Part shown: positions 55,891-63,737 of the stretch, piece by piece
Layout: the number at the start of each line of letters is the position of its first letter
How positions within the stretch are numbered: the stretch's first letter is position 1
Source of the DNA: an uncultured Bacteroidales bacterium
Lineage (GTDB): Bacteria > Bacteroidota > Bacteroidia > Bacteroidales > FEN-979
Reading direction: 5' to 3'
Assembly (NCBI GenBank): GCA_903959905.1
Contig: CAJBYO010000029.1
Span: 169,518-233,517, forward strand
Length of the DNA: 64,000 nucleotides
Position numbers and translations under genes: made by a program
Notes under the pieces: generated by a model
What the model was told of the DNA's origin: nothing
The model's input: only the letters and a program-made list of their open reading frames with translations
Databases searched by the model: none

Positions 55891-58695
55891 TTATTTCTGA
55901 GTTACCAGTTCCGGTTTTCCGAAGCCTATCTTTTCAAGTGCATCCAGCTGGGTTTTTGCATCACCGGCAATCACATAATACATCTTTGAAGGATCAACGT
56001 ATTTACGCGCAAGGGCTTTCAACTGGTCTAAAGTCATATTCTGCACGATAATCTGTTCCCCTTTGACATAATCTGACGGCAACTGATACATGCTGATATC
56101 GCTCAGCATCCCTATCTTGGCCCCCAGTGTTTCGAATTGTCTGGCATATCCGCGGATCAGTGAGTTTCGCGTGAAGTCAAGATCGTCTGCTGTCACTTCC
56201 TGGCTGTATTTTGCCATCAGGTCTTTAAATATCTGAACAGATTCTTCGGTGGCTGATGACCTGACGTTGGCATTGGCCATGAATATGCCCGGGAGAATGC
56301 CCCCGGTAAATCCTGTGCGGGCGCCGTAGGTAAATCCTTTTTCTTCACGGAGCACCAGGTTCACATTGCCGTTGAAGGAGCCGCCCAGCTTGTAGTTCAT
56401 CACTGTGGCAGGGAAATAATCCTTGTCCTGCCGGGCAAGTCCGAGGCAACCTATGTTGATCACCGATTGTTTGGCACCGGGAACATCTACAAAGTAAATC
56501 TTCGACTCCTTCTGCGGTGCCGGTAACTTATAGGCAGGAAAATCAACATTCTTTGACTTCCATTCGGAGGCGAGTGGTTTCAATGAGGCCAATACCTTGT
56601 TTTTTGTAATGCTGCCGGCAACAAGGAATGATGCCACGGAGGGCGAAAATGCTGTTGCATAGTAGGCTTTGAGGTCGTCAAGGTTAATGGCTGCGACAGA
56701 CTCCTCTGTTCCCGTGCGGTCAGTACCCAGGATATGATCTTTTCCATAGACCAACTCGTTGAACTCATTGCGCGCCAGCGTGACAGGGTTTGCTTTTTGA
56801 CGCTTGATGTTGTTGAGAAGGCGTGTTTTAGCCATCTCAAACTCTGTTGCATCCCATCTTGGCTCCAGCAGGATCTCCCTGGCAAGGGCAAGCACCTGTT
56901 CATAGTTCCTGGTGAGCGCATTTGCGGAAAGGGTGATGGCATTGTTGGATGCGAAGATGTCAATCGAAGCACCCAGTTTATCTATTGCCTCTTCCAGTTC
57001 CAGCGGGGTTTTGTTTTTGGTTCCCTCCATCATCAGCTGGCAAACCAGGTTAGCAACACCCGGTTTATCAAGAGGATCGAGTAAATGGCCACCTTTCATT
57101 TCAATGGAAAACTGCACCAGCGGCAGTTCTGAGTTTTCGATACCGAAAACCTGCATGCCATCCTGCATTTTTGAATTCCACACCTGTGGAAGCACCAGCA
57201 GCGGGTCGGGGCCGTCGGTAGGCATTACAGAACGATCAAGAACGGTGGGTGTTTTGGCAATGACTTCCTCTTCTTTGGCTTTGATGTCAACCTGGGTGGC
57301 GTCTGTTATGCTCTCTTCAATAACCGCTGCTTTTTCGGAGCCTGCAACAATCAGGTTTAACTGGCCTTTGGGCACGAAACTCGTTATAAGGCAGGGTTTA
57401 TCCTTAACATATTTCTGATATACACGGATAATGTCGGCTTTGGTCACCGATTTCATCATTTCAATCTCTTTCTTATACCAGGAAGGATCGCCCTTGTCTT
57501 CATTATAGGAGGCGAGCTGGAACGATTTTCCGAGGATACTGCTGATGCTGTTGTAGAAGTCTGTCTCCTGGCTTGCCTTGATGCGTTCCACATCTTCATC
57601 GGTGAAGCTCTCTTTTTCAAATAATTTAAACGCATCAGACACCCCGTTTTCAATGTCATTCAGGCTTACCCCTTCATTGGCAGTGGCGCTGATGACGAAG
57701 GTGCCTGCGATTTCGAGTGAACCGTTGCGTGCGTTCTGGCTGGATGACAATTTGCGCTCTTTTTCAAGAATCTTGTAAAGGGGTGCTTTTTTTCCGCGTG
57801 AAAGCAGCTGTCCAAGGTATTCCAACGGGTACGAATCATCATTGTAGGCTTCAACAGTTGGCCATATCATCCTGATCTGGGCCGTCTTGGCGAAGTTATC
57901 CTCGTGGAAGATCTTTTTTGTCTTTTCGAGGGTGACCGGTACCGGTTTCGGATCGGTAACATCCGGGCCCCGTTTGATCTCACCGAAATATTTTTCAATC
58001 AGTTTCCTGGCGTTGGCTACATCAAAATCGCCTGCAAGGACCAGCGTGGCATTGTTTGGCAGGTAAAATGTCTCATGAAATGTTTTAACATCGGCCACTG
58101 TGGCGTTTTTCAGGTCGGCCATTTCCCCGATCACCGTCCAGCTGTAGGGATGGCCTTTGGGGTAAAGGTTTGTGGCAACCACCCAGGATGAAAATCCGTA
58201 AGGCTGATTGTCATACGACTGCCGCTTTTCATTCTGGACGACATTTTGCTGGTTGGTAAAGGCCTTTTCTGTCACGGTGTTGATCATATATCCCATGCGG
58301 TCTGATTCCATCCAGAGAATCTTTTCAAGGGCGTTTTTAGGAACAATCTCGTAATAGGTGGTCGCGTCATTGTTGGTTCCTCCGTTCAGGGTACCACCGG
58401 CATTCTGAATGATTTTGAAGAACTGATCCTCACCGACATTTTCCGAGCGCTGGAACATCATGTGTTCAAAAAGATGCGCAAACCCGGTTCTTCCTTCAAC
58501 TTCACGGTTTGAACCAACATGGTAACGTATGGCAAGCGCCACAATGGGGTCAGAGTGGTCAACATGCAGGATGACATCCAGCCCGTTGGCTAAGGTATAT
58601 TTTTCAAATTCAATTTTCAGTTCGGCAGGTTGCTGGCCGATGGCCGGCAGGAAGTAACAGGCAAAGCAGAACAAAAGAGCAAAGATTTTTTTCAT
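55891..58695 (-). CDS. M16-family (pitrilysin/insulinase-like) zinc peptidase, double-length, secreted
   Basis: Signal peptide; inverted zinc motif HxxEH in GFAHLFEHMMFQ; 934 aa, consistent with two fused M16 halves. Confidence 0.88.
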   Translation of the reverse strand: MKKIFALLFCFACYFLPAIGQQPAELKIEFEKYTLANGLDVILHVDHSDPIVALAIRYHVGSNREVEGRTGFAHLFEHMMFQRSENVGEDQFFKIIQNAGGTLNGGTNNDATTYYEIVPKNALEKILWMESDRMGYMINTVTEKAFTNQQNVVQNEKRQSYDNQPYGFSSWVVATNLYPKGHPYSWTVIGEMADLKNATVADVKTFHETFYLPNNATLVLAGDFDVANARKLIEKYFGEIKRGPDVTDPKPVPVTLEKTKKIFHEDNFAKTAQIRMIWPTVEAYNDDSYPLEYLGQLLSRGKKAPLYKILEKERKLSSSQNARNGSLEIAGTFVISATANEGVSLNDIENGVSDAFKLFEKESFTDEDVERIKASQETDFYNSISSILGKSFQLASYNEDKGDPSWYKKEIEMMKSVTKADIIRVYQKYVKDKPCLITSFVPKGQLNLIVAGSEKAAVIEESITDATQVDIKAKEEEVIAKTPTVLDRSVMPTDGPDPLLVLPQVWNSKMQDGMQVFGIENSELPLVQFSIEMKGGHLLDPLDKPGVANLVCQLMMEGTKNKTPLELEEAIDKLGASIDIFASNNAITLSANALTRNYEQVLALAREILLEPRWDATEFEMAKTRLLNNIKRQKANPVTLARNEFNELVYGKDHILGTDRTGTEESVAAINLDDLKAYYATAFSPSVASFLVAGSITKNKVLASLKPLASEWKSKNVDFPAYKLPAPQKESKIYFVDVPGAKQSVINIGCLGLARQDKDYFPATVMNYKLGGSFNGNVNLVLREEKGFTYGARTGFTGGILPGIFMANANVRSSATEESVQIFKDLMAKYSQEVTADDLDFTRNSLIRGYARQFETLGAKIGMLSDISMYQLPSDYVKGEQIIVQNMTLDQLKALARKYVDPSKMYYVIAGDAKTQLDALEKIGFGKPELVTQK

Positions 58696-58790
58696 GGGTC
58701 CGGCAGTTTTTTAGGAGTTTTACGTGACCATAAAACTACGAATAAATTTGACAGTCCACCCCTGATTTTTCACCATTCCATCGATTTCCC

Positions 58791-58902
58791 GTCACCCGTC
58801 ACGCGTCACCCGTCACCCGTCACGCGTCACGCGTCACCCGTCACCTGTCACCTGTCACGCGTCACGCGTCACCCGTCACGCGTCACGCGTCACCCGTCAC
58901 CA
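58791..58902. repeat. 7-bp tandem array GTCAnnn (16 units)
   Basis: Units read gtcaccc gtcacgc gtcaccc x2 gtcacgc x2 gtcaccc gtcacct x2 gtcacgc x2 gtcaccc gtcacgc x2 gtcaccc gtcacca. The array ends 8 nt before the sufS -7 box. Confidence 0.92.
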
Positions 58903-58910
58903 TTCTTTCG

Positions 58911-58918
58911 TACTTTTG
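58911..58918 (+). promoter_or_regulatory. -7 box (TAnnTTTG) upstream of sufS
   Basis: tacttttg lies 19 nt upstream of the ATG at 58937. The ORF-track start at 58916 lies inside this box. Confidence 0.5.
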
Positions 58919-58936
58919 CACAATAAACCTCACATC

Positions 58937-60157
58937 ATGTCATTTGATATTCAAAAAATCCGTGCTGACTTCCCCATCCTTCAGCAACAGATATATAAGC
59001 GCCCGCTGATCTATTTCGATAATGCAGCGTCAACCCAGAAGCCCCGGCAGGTCATTGATGCCATCAGTCACTATTACGAGCACGATAACTGCAACATTCA
59101 TCGCGGGGTGCACTACCTGAGTGTGAAAGCCACTGAAGCCTATGAAGAGGCCCGGAAAGAGATCCGGCAGTTCATCAATGCCGCCAGTACGCATGAGATC
59201 ATCTTTACCAAAGGCGCCACTGAATCACTGAACCTTGTTGCCTTTTCGTTTGGAGAAAAATATATAAAACCCGGCGACGAAGTGATTACCAGCATCATGG
59301 AACATCATTCAAACTTTGTTCCATGGCAGCAGATGTGTATAGAACGGGGTGCCACACTGCGTATCCTCGGGGTCAATGAACATGGTGAACTTGACCTGGA
59401 GGAGCTCAGGTTGTTTCTGAATGAGAAGACGCGACTGGTGGCCATTACCCATGTGTCGAATGTGCTCGGCACCGTTAACCCGGTGAAAGAGATCGTTGCC
59501 ATGGCGCATCTGCATGGTGTTCCGGTATTGCTCGACGGGGCGCAGGGTGTGTCGCATCTCCCGGTAGATGTGCAGGACCTTGACTGTGATTTTTACTGTT
59601 TTTCAGGGCATAAATTATATGCACCCATGGGTACCGGTGTGATGTATGGCAAGGAAAAGTACCTGGAAGAGATGCCACCTTACCAGCTCGGGGGCGAAAT
59701 GATCAAAGACGTTTACACCGACCACACCACCTTCAACGAACTGCCATTCAAATTTGAGGCAGGAACACCCAACGTGGAAGGGGTGATGGGATTGCAAGCT
59801 GCAATTCACTACCTGCAGGACATTGGAATGGAGAGAATCGCTGTTTATGAAGAGCGGCTGCTGAATTATGCGACTGAAAAACTTTCAGCCATGGAAGGGA
59901 TAAGATTCTTCGGCACTTCGACGCACAAGGCAAGCCTGATCTCATTTCTCATAGGTGACATCCATCCGTATGATGCCGGTATGATCATCGACAAAATGGG
60001 TATTGCTGTCAGAACCGGCCACCACTGTGCCATGCCGCTGATGGATTACCTGAAGATACCCGGAACTGTGCGGGCCTCCTTTGCGTTCTACAATACCATT
60101 GAAGAAATTGATCAACTGGTGGCTGCAATTGTTAAAGCCAGGGAAATGCTTTCTTAA
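58937..60157 (+). CDS. sufS: Cysteine desulfurase SufS (class V aminotransferase)
   Basis: FDIQKIRADFPIL, YFDNAAS.QKP, PLP-lysine context FSGHKLYAPMGTG, RTGHHCA near the catalytic Cys. Confidence 0.92.
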   Translation: MSFDIQKIRADFPILQQQIYKRPLIYFDNAASTQKPRQVIDAISHYYEHDNCNIHRGVHYLSVKATEAYEEARKEIRQFINAASTHEIIFTKGATESLNLVAFSFGEKYIKPGDEVITSIMEHHSNFVPWQQMCIERGATLRILGVNEHGELDLEELRLFLNEKTRLVAITHVSNVLGTVNPVKEIVAMAHLHGVPVLLDGAQGVSHLPVDVQDLDCDFYCFSGHKLYAPMGTGVMYGKEKYLEEMPPYQLGGEMIKDVYTDHTTFNELPFKFEAGTPNVEGVMGLQAAIHYLQDIGMERIAVYEERLLNYATEKLSAMEGIRFFGTSTHKASLISFLIGDIHPYDAGMIIDKMGIAVRTGHHCAMPLMDYLKIPGTVRASFAFYNTIEEIDQLVAAIVKAREMLS

Positions 60158-60207
60158 CCGGAAATGGTTGTATTATATTCGTTTGATATCCAGGCAATAA
60201 ACGCCTT

Positions 60208-61848
60208 TTAACGATAATCTTTCCTGGTCGTAACGGTTGAGGTGGTATCTCCCCTGGTCTTTATATAGTCCTGATCCGGGTTGATTTCCAGACCATTTTC
60301 TGTCATCTGGAAAGTAGATTCCTTTGATGTGTTCATCAAATAGTACCAGTATGGCTTAAGGGCCATGACATCAGGGTCAAAATGAACGAATTTCCCTTTT
60401 GGCACCCGGATGATCAGGTCAACCACCTGACCGCGCCAGCATTCTTCGCGGGGAAGTCGTAAAAACGGACTGATCCTCAATGTTGACCCGGTTGTGCCCG
60501 ATTGAAACCGGATACCGCTAAGATGTTGATGTGCCTCAATCCTTGATTTTCCCCTGGCTATAGTGACCTGTGAAATGGAAAAAAGCGAGTCATCGGCTTG
60601 TTCAATCCTGATTTTGGGCAAGACATAGAGTTCATGTTCATCGGTAATGATGGTTTTCCAGTCGCCAACCATGTAAAATTGTTCATACCGAAGGAATTTC
60701 ATCCCCGGATCATCGGGAAACAAGGAAACAAAGAGGGTGTCGGTAGCCGGTTTTTCCAGCGGGATCTCGATTTGCTTTTCCTCGTCAAACTTATAGAAAT
60801 TATATATTCTCAGCCCTGACCATGCCATGAAGAACAGTCCGACCACCCACACGTTGAACATGGTGATCCCAACGTGTCTGATCCGTTCAAAACGGAACAC
60901 CATCTTCAGACCGTTGTAGAAAAGCATAAAAAGCGGAATTCCAAGTACCATGGTGAGGATCACCTGCAGGTAAACCACAGGCATGTTGCACCCAACCATT
61001 ATTCTTGCCAGGGCAGGAAAAGTTAAGACGGAAAATTCGTTGTCGGAATATATTCCACCGGTCCATCCTAGGGTATATGCGAGGAGGGCTATTAAAAGAC
61101 CAAGCCCCAGAATGATGAGGATGATGCCGGCAATGATCACCAGTCCCTTAGCAAAAAATGTTAATACTTCAAGGATCCCTTTGCCAATCGTTTCAAATAG
61201 CGAGCCAGAACCCGCACTTGCCCTTTTGATGGTGGTGGCCGATGCTGTTGCCATATCGCCAATCTTCCCGCGCAGTTCGGCAACCTCTTCCCGCATTGAT
61301 TTTTCTATGTTTGAGATGTTGACCCTGGTACCGCGCATCTCAAGCCGCTCAGTGGTTGTCTGCGCTTCGGGGATGACAAACCATAGTACAAGGTAAAGCA
61401 GAATTCCTGATCCACCGGCGGCTATGAACACAATGAAGATCAGTCTGACCCAAACCGGGTCAAGATGAAAGTAGGCAGCGATTCCCGAACAAACACCACC
61501 GATGATCTTTTCATCAGGGTTGCGGAAAAATCGTTTGTTTCCTTTTCCGTCCCCCTGCCCATCCGGGCGTTCTTTCGGATTTCCCTCCTGGTCAATTTCC
61601 TTGGGTTGCCCCATGACGCTGATCACCTCATGCACGTCCTCCATGGTGATGACCTGCTTTGTTTCCGACCTTTTTTCATTCAGGATTTCTGCAATCCGTG
61701 ATTCAATGTCGTCCAGGATTTCCTGCGACCCTTCCTCTTTGCTGAAATGTTTTTTAAGATTTTCAAGGTATTGATTCAGCGAAATGTATGCGTCCTCGTC
61801 AATGTGGAACACGATGCCGCCCAGGTTTATTGTGAGTGTTTTTTTCAT
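60208..61848 (-). CDS. PspC-domain membrane protein
   Basis: PspC motif RFFRNPDEKIIGGVCSGIAAYFHLDPVWVRLIFIV; several TM helices; downstream of a PadR regulator (a common pairing). Confidence 0.8.
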   Translation of the reverse strand: MKKTLTINLGGIVFHIDEDAYISLNQYLENLKKHFSKEEGSQEILDDIESRIAEILNEKRSETKQVITMEDVHEVISVMGQPKEIDQEGNPKERPDGQGDGKGNKRFFRNPDEKIIGGVCSGIAAYFHLDPVWVRLIFIVFIAAGGSGILLYLVLWFVIPEAQTTTERLEMRGTRVNISNIEKSMREEVAELRGKIGDMATASATTIKRASAGSGSLFETIGKGILEVLTFFAKGLVIIAGIILIILGLGLLIALLAYTLGWTGGIYSDNEFSVLTFPALARIMVGCNMPVVYLQVILTMVLGIPLFMLFYNGLKMVFRFERIRHVGITMFNVWVVGLFFMAWSGLRIYNFYKFDEEKQIEIPLEKPATDTLFVSLFPDDPGMKFLRYEQFYMVGDWKTIITDEHELYVLPKIRIEQADDSLFSISQVTIARGKSRIEAHQHLSGIRFQSGTTGSTLRISPFLRLPREECWRGQVVDLIIRVPKGKFVHFDPDVMALKPYWYYLMNTSKESTFQMTENGLEINPDQDYIKTRGDTTSTVTTRKDYR

Positions 61849-61918
61849 GGAATATCTGTTAAAATCTGTAAGTATCTCTAAAAACGGTTTATTTCTTTTT
61901 CACAATCCTGCTTCTCTG

Positions 61919-61990
61919 CATTCTTTTCATTGCCTGCATTGCCTTCATTGCCTGCATTGCTTGCATTGTTTGCATTGTCAGCATTGTCTT
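61919..61990. repeat. 9-bp tandem array CATTGnnnn (8 units), reverse-complement orientation of the AATGnAnnn family
   Basis: Units read cattctttt cattgcctg cattgcctt cattgcctg cattgcttg cattgtttg cattgtcag cattgtctt. The array lies between the padR stop and the pspC-domain gene start, and its last unit reaches the padR stop codon. Confidence 0.9.
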
Positions 61991-62319
61991 CATCCTTTCC
62001 CGATAATCTTCTCCACCGAACCGATCAGATCCTGCCAGTCAGCCTTGAGGCCAGCCAGGGCTTGCAGCCCGGTCTCGGTTATCTGGTGGTACTTTCTTGG
62101 CGGGCCTGATTTTGATTCCTCCCAGCGATAGGCCGTCAGCCCGTCGTTTTTCAGCCTTGTCAGCAAAGGGTACAAAGTTCCTTCAACAACAATGAGTCTG
62201 GCTTCCTTTAACCTTGAAATGATGTCGGAAGCGTATGCGTCCTGCTCAGCGATGATGGCCAGGATACAGAGTTCAAGGACTCCTTTTCGCATCTGTGCGT
62301 TTTGGTTTTCTGTATTCAT
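61990..62319 (-). CDS. PadR family transcriptional regulator
   Basis: Winged-helix PadR pattern: LELCILAII...DAYASDIISRL......VVEGTLYPLLTRLKNDGL..YRWEES..GPPRKYHQITETG. Confidence 0.88.
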   Translation of the reverse strand: MNTENQNAQMRKGVLELCILAIIAEQDAYASDIISRLKEARLIVVEGTLYPLLTRLKNDGLTAYRWEESKSGPPRKYHQITETGLQALAGLKADWQDLIGSVEKIIGKG

Positions 62320-62323
62320 GCGG

Positions 62324-62331
62324 CAAAGATA
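62324..62331 (-). promoter_or_regulatory. -7 box (TAnnTTTG) for padR, implying a leaderless or near-leaderless mRNA
   Basis: The minus strand reads tatctttg and ends 4 nt before the padR ATG (62319). Confidence 0.4.
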
Positions 62332-62339
62332 ATATAAAA

Positions 62340-62365
62340 CATGGTACTATGCAATACATGGTACT
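62340..62365 (-). promoter_or_regulatory. Candidate PadR operator: two CATGGTACT 9-mers 17 bp apart within an imperfect 21-bp palindrome
   Basis: catggtact occurs at 62340-48 and 62357-65. GTACTATGCAATACATGGTAC (62344-64) is self-complementary at 16 of 21 positions. The site lies between the -7 box and the expected -33 position of padR. Confidence 0.35.
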
Positions 62366-62390
62366 AAAAATTATGAAATATTAACAAATG

Positions 62391-62558
62391 GCGGACGAGT
62401 GGACGAGTGGACGAGCGGACTGGCGGACAAGCGGACAAGTGGACAGGCGGACGAGCGGACGAACGGACAAGCGGATAAGCAGACGGGCGGATAGGTGGAT
62501 GAGTGGACAAGTGGACAAGTGGACAAGTGGACAAGTGGACAAGTGGACAAGTGGACAA
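62391..62558. repeat. 8-bp tandem array G(C/T)GGACnn (21 units, last 7 perfect GTGGACAA), reverse complement of the GTCCGCnn family
   Basis: Hand-phased units from gcggacga (62391) to gtggacaa x7 (62503-62558). This is the left arm of an inverted pair with 63080-63191. Confidence 0.92.
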
Positions 62559-62674
62559 GTGGACAAGGGAAGTGATACTAAGTTATTGGGAGGCCAGAGA
62601 AAGTGAAAATGTTGATAACTTTTTCAGATTTGCATATTACCTTTTTACGTTTTTTGGATTAAGCAGGAAAAATC

Positions 62675-63055
62675 ATGAAGACTCATAAAGATTTAGAAGT
62701 TTGGAAACTTAGCATGACTCTGGTAAAGGATGTTTATCATTTGACCTGCAATTTCCCTAAAACTGAAATATTTGGACTGACAAGTCAAATTCGAAGGGCT
62801 GCTGTATCTGTTCCAGCGAATATAACAGAAGGTTCAGCACGAATGAGTTCAAAAGAGCTCAGGTATTTTCTCAGGATATCATTCGCAAGCCTGGCTGAAC
62901 TGGAAACATTGATAACCCTTTCAAGAGACCTTGAATTTCTTTCTATTCAGGATTATAATATCCTTCACCCTAAAATAAAGATGATTACCTGTCAATTAAG
63001 TAGCTTAATACGATCCATAAACGATAAAATTCAACAAAATGAAACTAAGGATTAG
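62675..63055 (+). CDS. Four-helix-bundle protein (TIGR02436 / 23S rRNA-intervening-sequence protein family)
   Basis: HKDLEVWKLSMTLVKDVYHLTCNFPKTEIFGLTSQIRRAAVSVPANITEG..R.S.KE...FL.I..AS..ELET is the characteristic pattern of this family. The gene looks visibly more AT-rich than its neighbours. Confidence 0.78.
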   Translation: MKTHKDLEVWKLSMTLVKDVYHLTCNFPKTEIFGLTSQIRRAAVSVPANITEGSARMSSKELRYFLRISFASLAELETLITLSRDLEFLSIQDYNILHPKIKMITCQLSSLIRSINDKIQQNETKD

Positions 63056-63079
63056 CTTCAAATATACCCATCTCTACCC

Positions 63080-63191
63080 GTCCGCCCGTTCACTCGTCCG
63101 CATGTCCACTCGTCCACTTGTCCGCTCGTCCGCTCGTCCGCTTGTCCCCTTGTCCTCCCGTCCGCCCGTCCGCCTGTCCACCTGTCCGCCA
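63080..63191. repeat. 8-bp tandem array GTCCnCnn (14 units), right arm of the inverted pair
   Basis: Units read gtccgccc gttcactc gtccgcat gtccactc gtccactt gtccgctc x2 gtccgctt gtcccctt gtcctccc gtccgccc gtccgcct gtccacct gtccgcca. The array ends 7 nt before the sufE -7 box. Confidence 0.9.
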
Positions 63192-63198
63192 TTTTCCC

Positions 63199-63206
63199 TA
63201 CCTTTG
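63199..63206 (+). promoter_or_regulatory. -7 box (TAnnTTTG) upstream of sufE
   Basis: tacctttg lies 22 nt upstream of the ATG at 63228. Confidence 0.5.
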
Positions 63207-63227
63207 CCCCCCAAACCCCCCTCACCC

Positions 63228-63653
63228 ATGACCATCAACGAAACCGAAGCCCAGATCATCAGCGAATTTGCCATGTTTGATGACTGGATGGATAAATATA
63301 ATTACCTGATTGAACTTGGAAAGTCATTGCAGATCATTTCCGAGGAATACCGTACCGACCAGTACCTGATCACAGGGTGCCAGTCAAAGGTTTGGCTTCA
63401 CGCTTCTTTAACCGAAGGAAAAGTTGTGTTCACGGGCGACAGCGACGCCATCATCACCAAAGGCATTGTGAGCCTGCTGATTCGCGTTCTTTCCGGTCAG
63501 ACACCTGACGACATCCTCCGGGCCAAACTGGAATTCGTTGATCAGATAGGATTGCAGGAGCATCTTTCTCCGACACGCAGCAACGGGCTTTCTTCCATGA
63601 TCAAACAGATGAAGTTGTATGCGACGGTGTTTAAGATGACGAGGGAGAAGTGA
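63228..63653 (+). CDS. sufE: SufE-family sulfur acceptor protein
   Basis: MTINETEAQIISEFAMFDDWMDKYNYLIELGK, active-site context ITGCQSKVWL, LSPTRSNGLSSM. Start moved from 63039, because the first 63 codons of that ORF are tandem-array sequence. Confidence 0.85.
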   Translation: MTINETEAQIISEFAMFDDWMDKYNYLIELGKSLQIISEEYRTDQYLITGCQSKVWLHASLTEGKVVFTGDSDAIITKGIVSLLIRVLSGQTPDDILRAKLEFVDQIGLQEHLSPTRSNGLSSMIKQMKLYATVFKMTREK

Positions 63654-63691
63654 CAGGTGACAGGTGACAGGTGACAGGTGACAGGTGCCAA
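63650..63691. repeat. 7-bp tandem array GTGACAG (5 perfect plus 1 degenerate), reverse complement of GTCACCT
   Basis: (gtgacag)x5 followed by gtgccaa. The first unit contains the sufE TGA stop (63651-53). Confidence 0.9.
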
Positions 63692-63737
63692 TGCTGGAGG
63701 GTGGAGCATTTAATTACCGGCAAGTATAACCGAATTC

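Noticed and set aside
58630-58926. 98-aa ORF with PVTRHPSPVTRH repeats, plus similar ORFs at 50085..50312, 61784..62131, 63074..63274 and the first 63 codons of 63039..63653
   Set aside because: All are read-throughs of tandem arrays in spacers. The true neighbouring genes (sufS, sufB, PadR, sufE) have better starts with -7 boxes downstream of the arrays.
62364-62606. Three overlapping ORFs (62364..62558 -, 62381..62566 -, 62388..62606 +) encoding STCPLVHL / GQVDKWTS repeats
   Set aside because: They are pure translations of the 8-bp tandem array. Several frames and both strands are open at once, with no start context. This is a repeat artefact, not coding sequence.
62675-63055. Presence of an rRNA operon implied by the '23S rRNA intervening sequence protein' family name
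   Set aside because: No rRNA-like sequence flanks the gene. The family name is historical, and here the gene sits between padR and sufE.
11917-63691. Interpreting the arrays as CRISPR loci
   Set aside because: The periods are 7-11 bp with no unique spacers between units. No cas genes are present and no 25-40 bp repeat/spacer alternation is seen.
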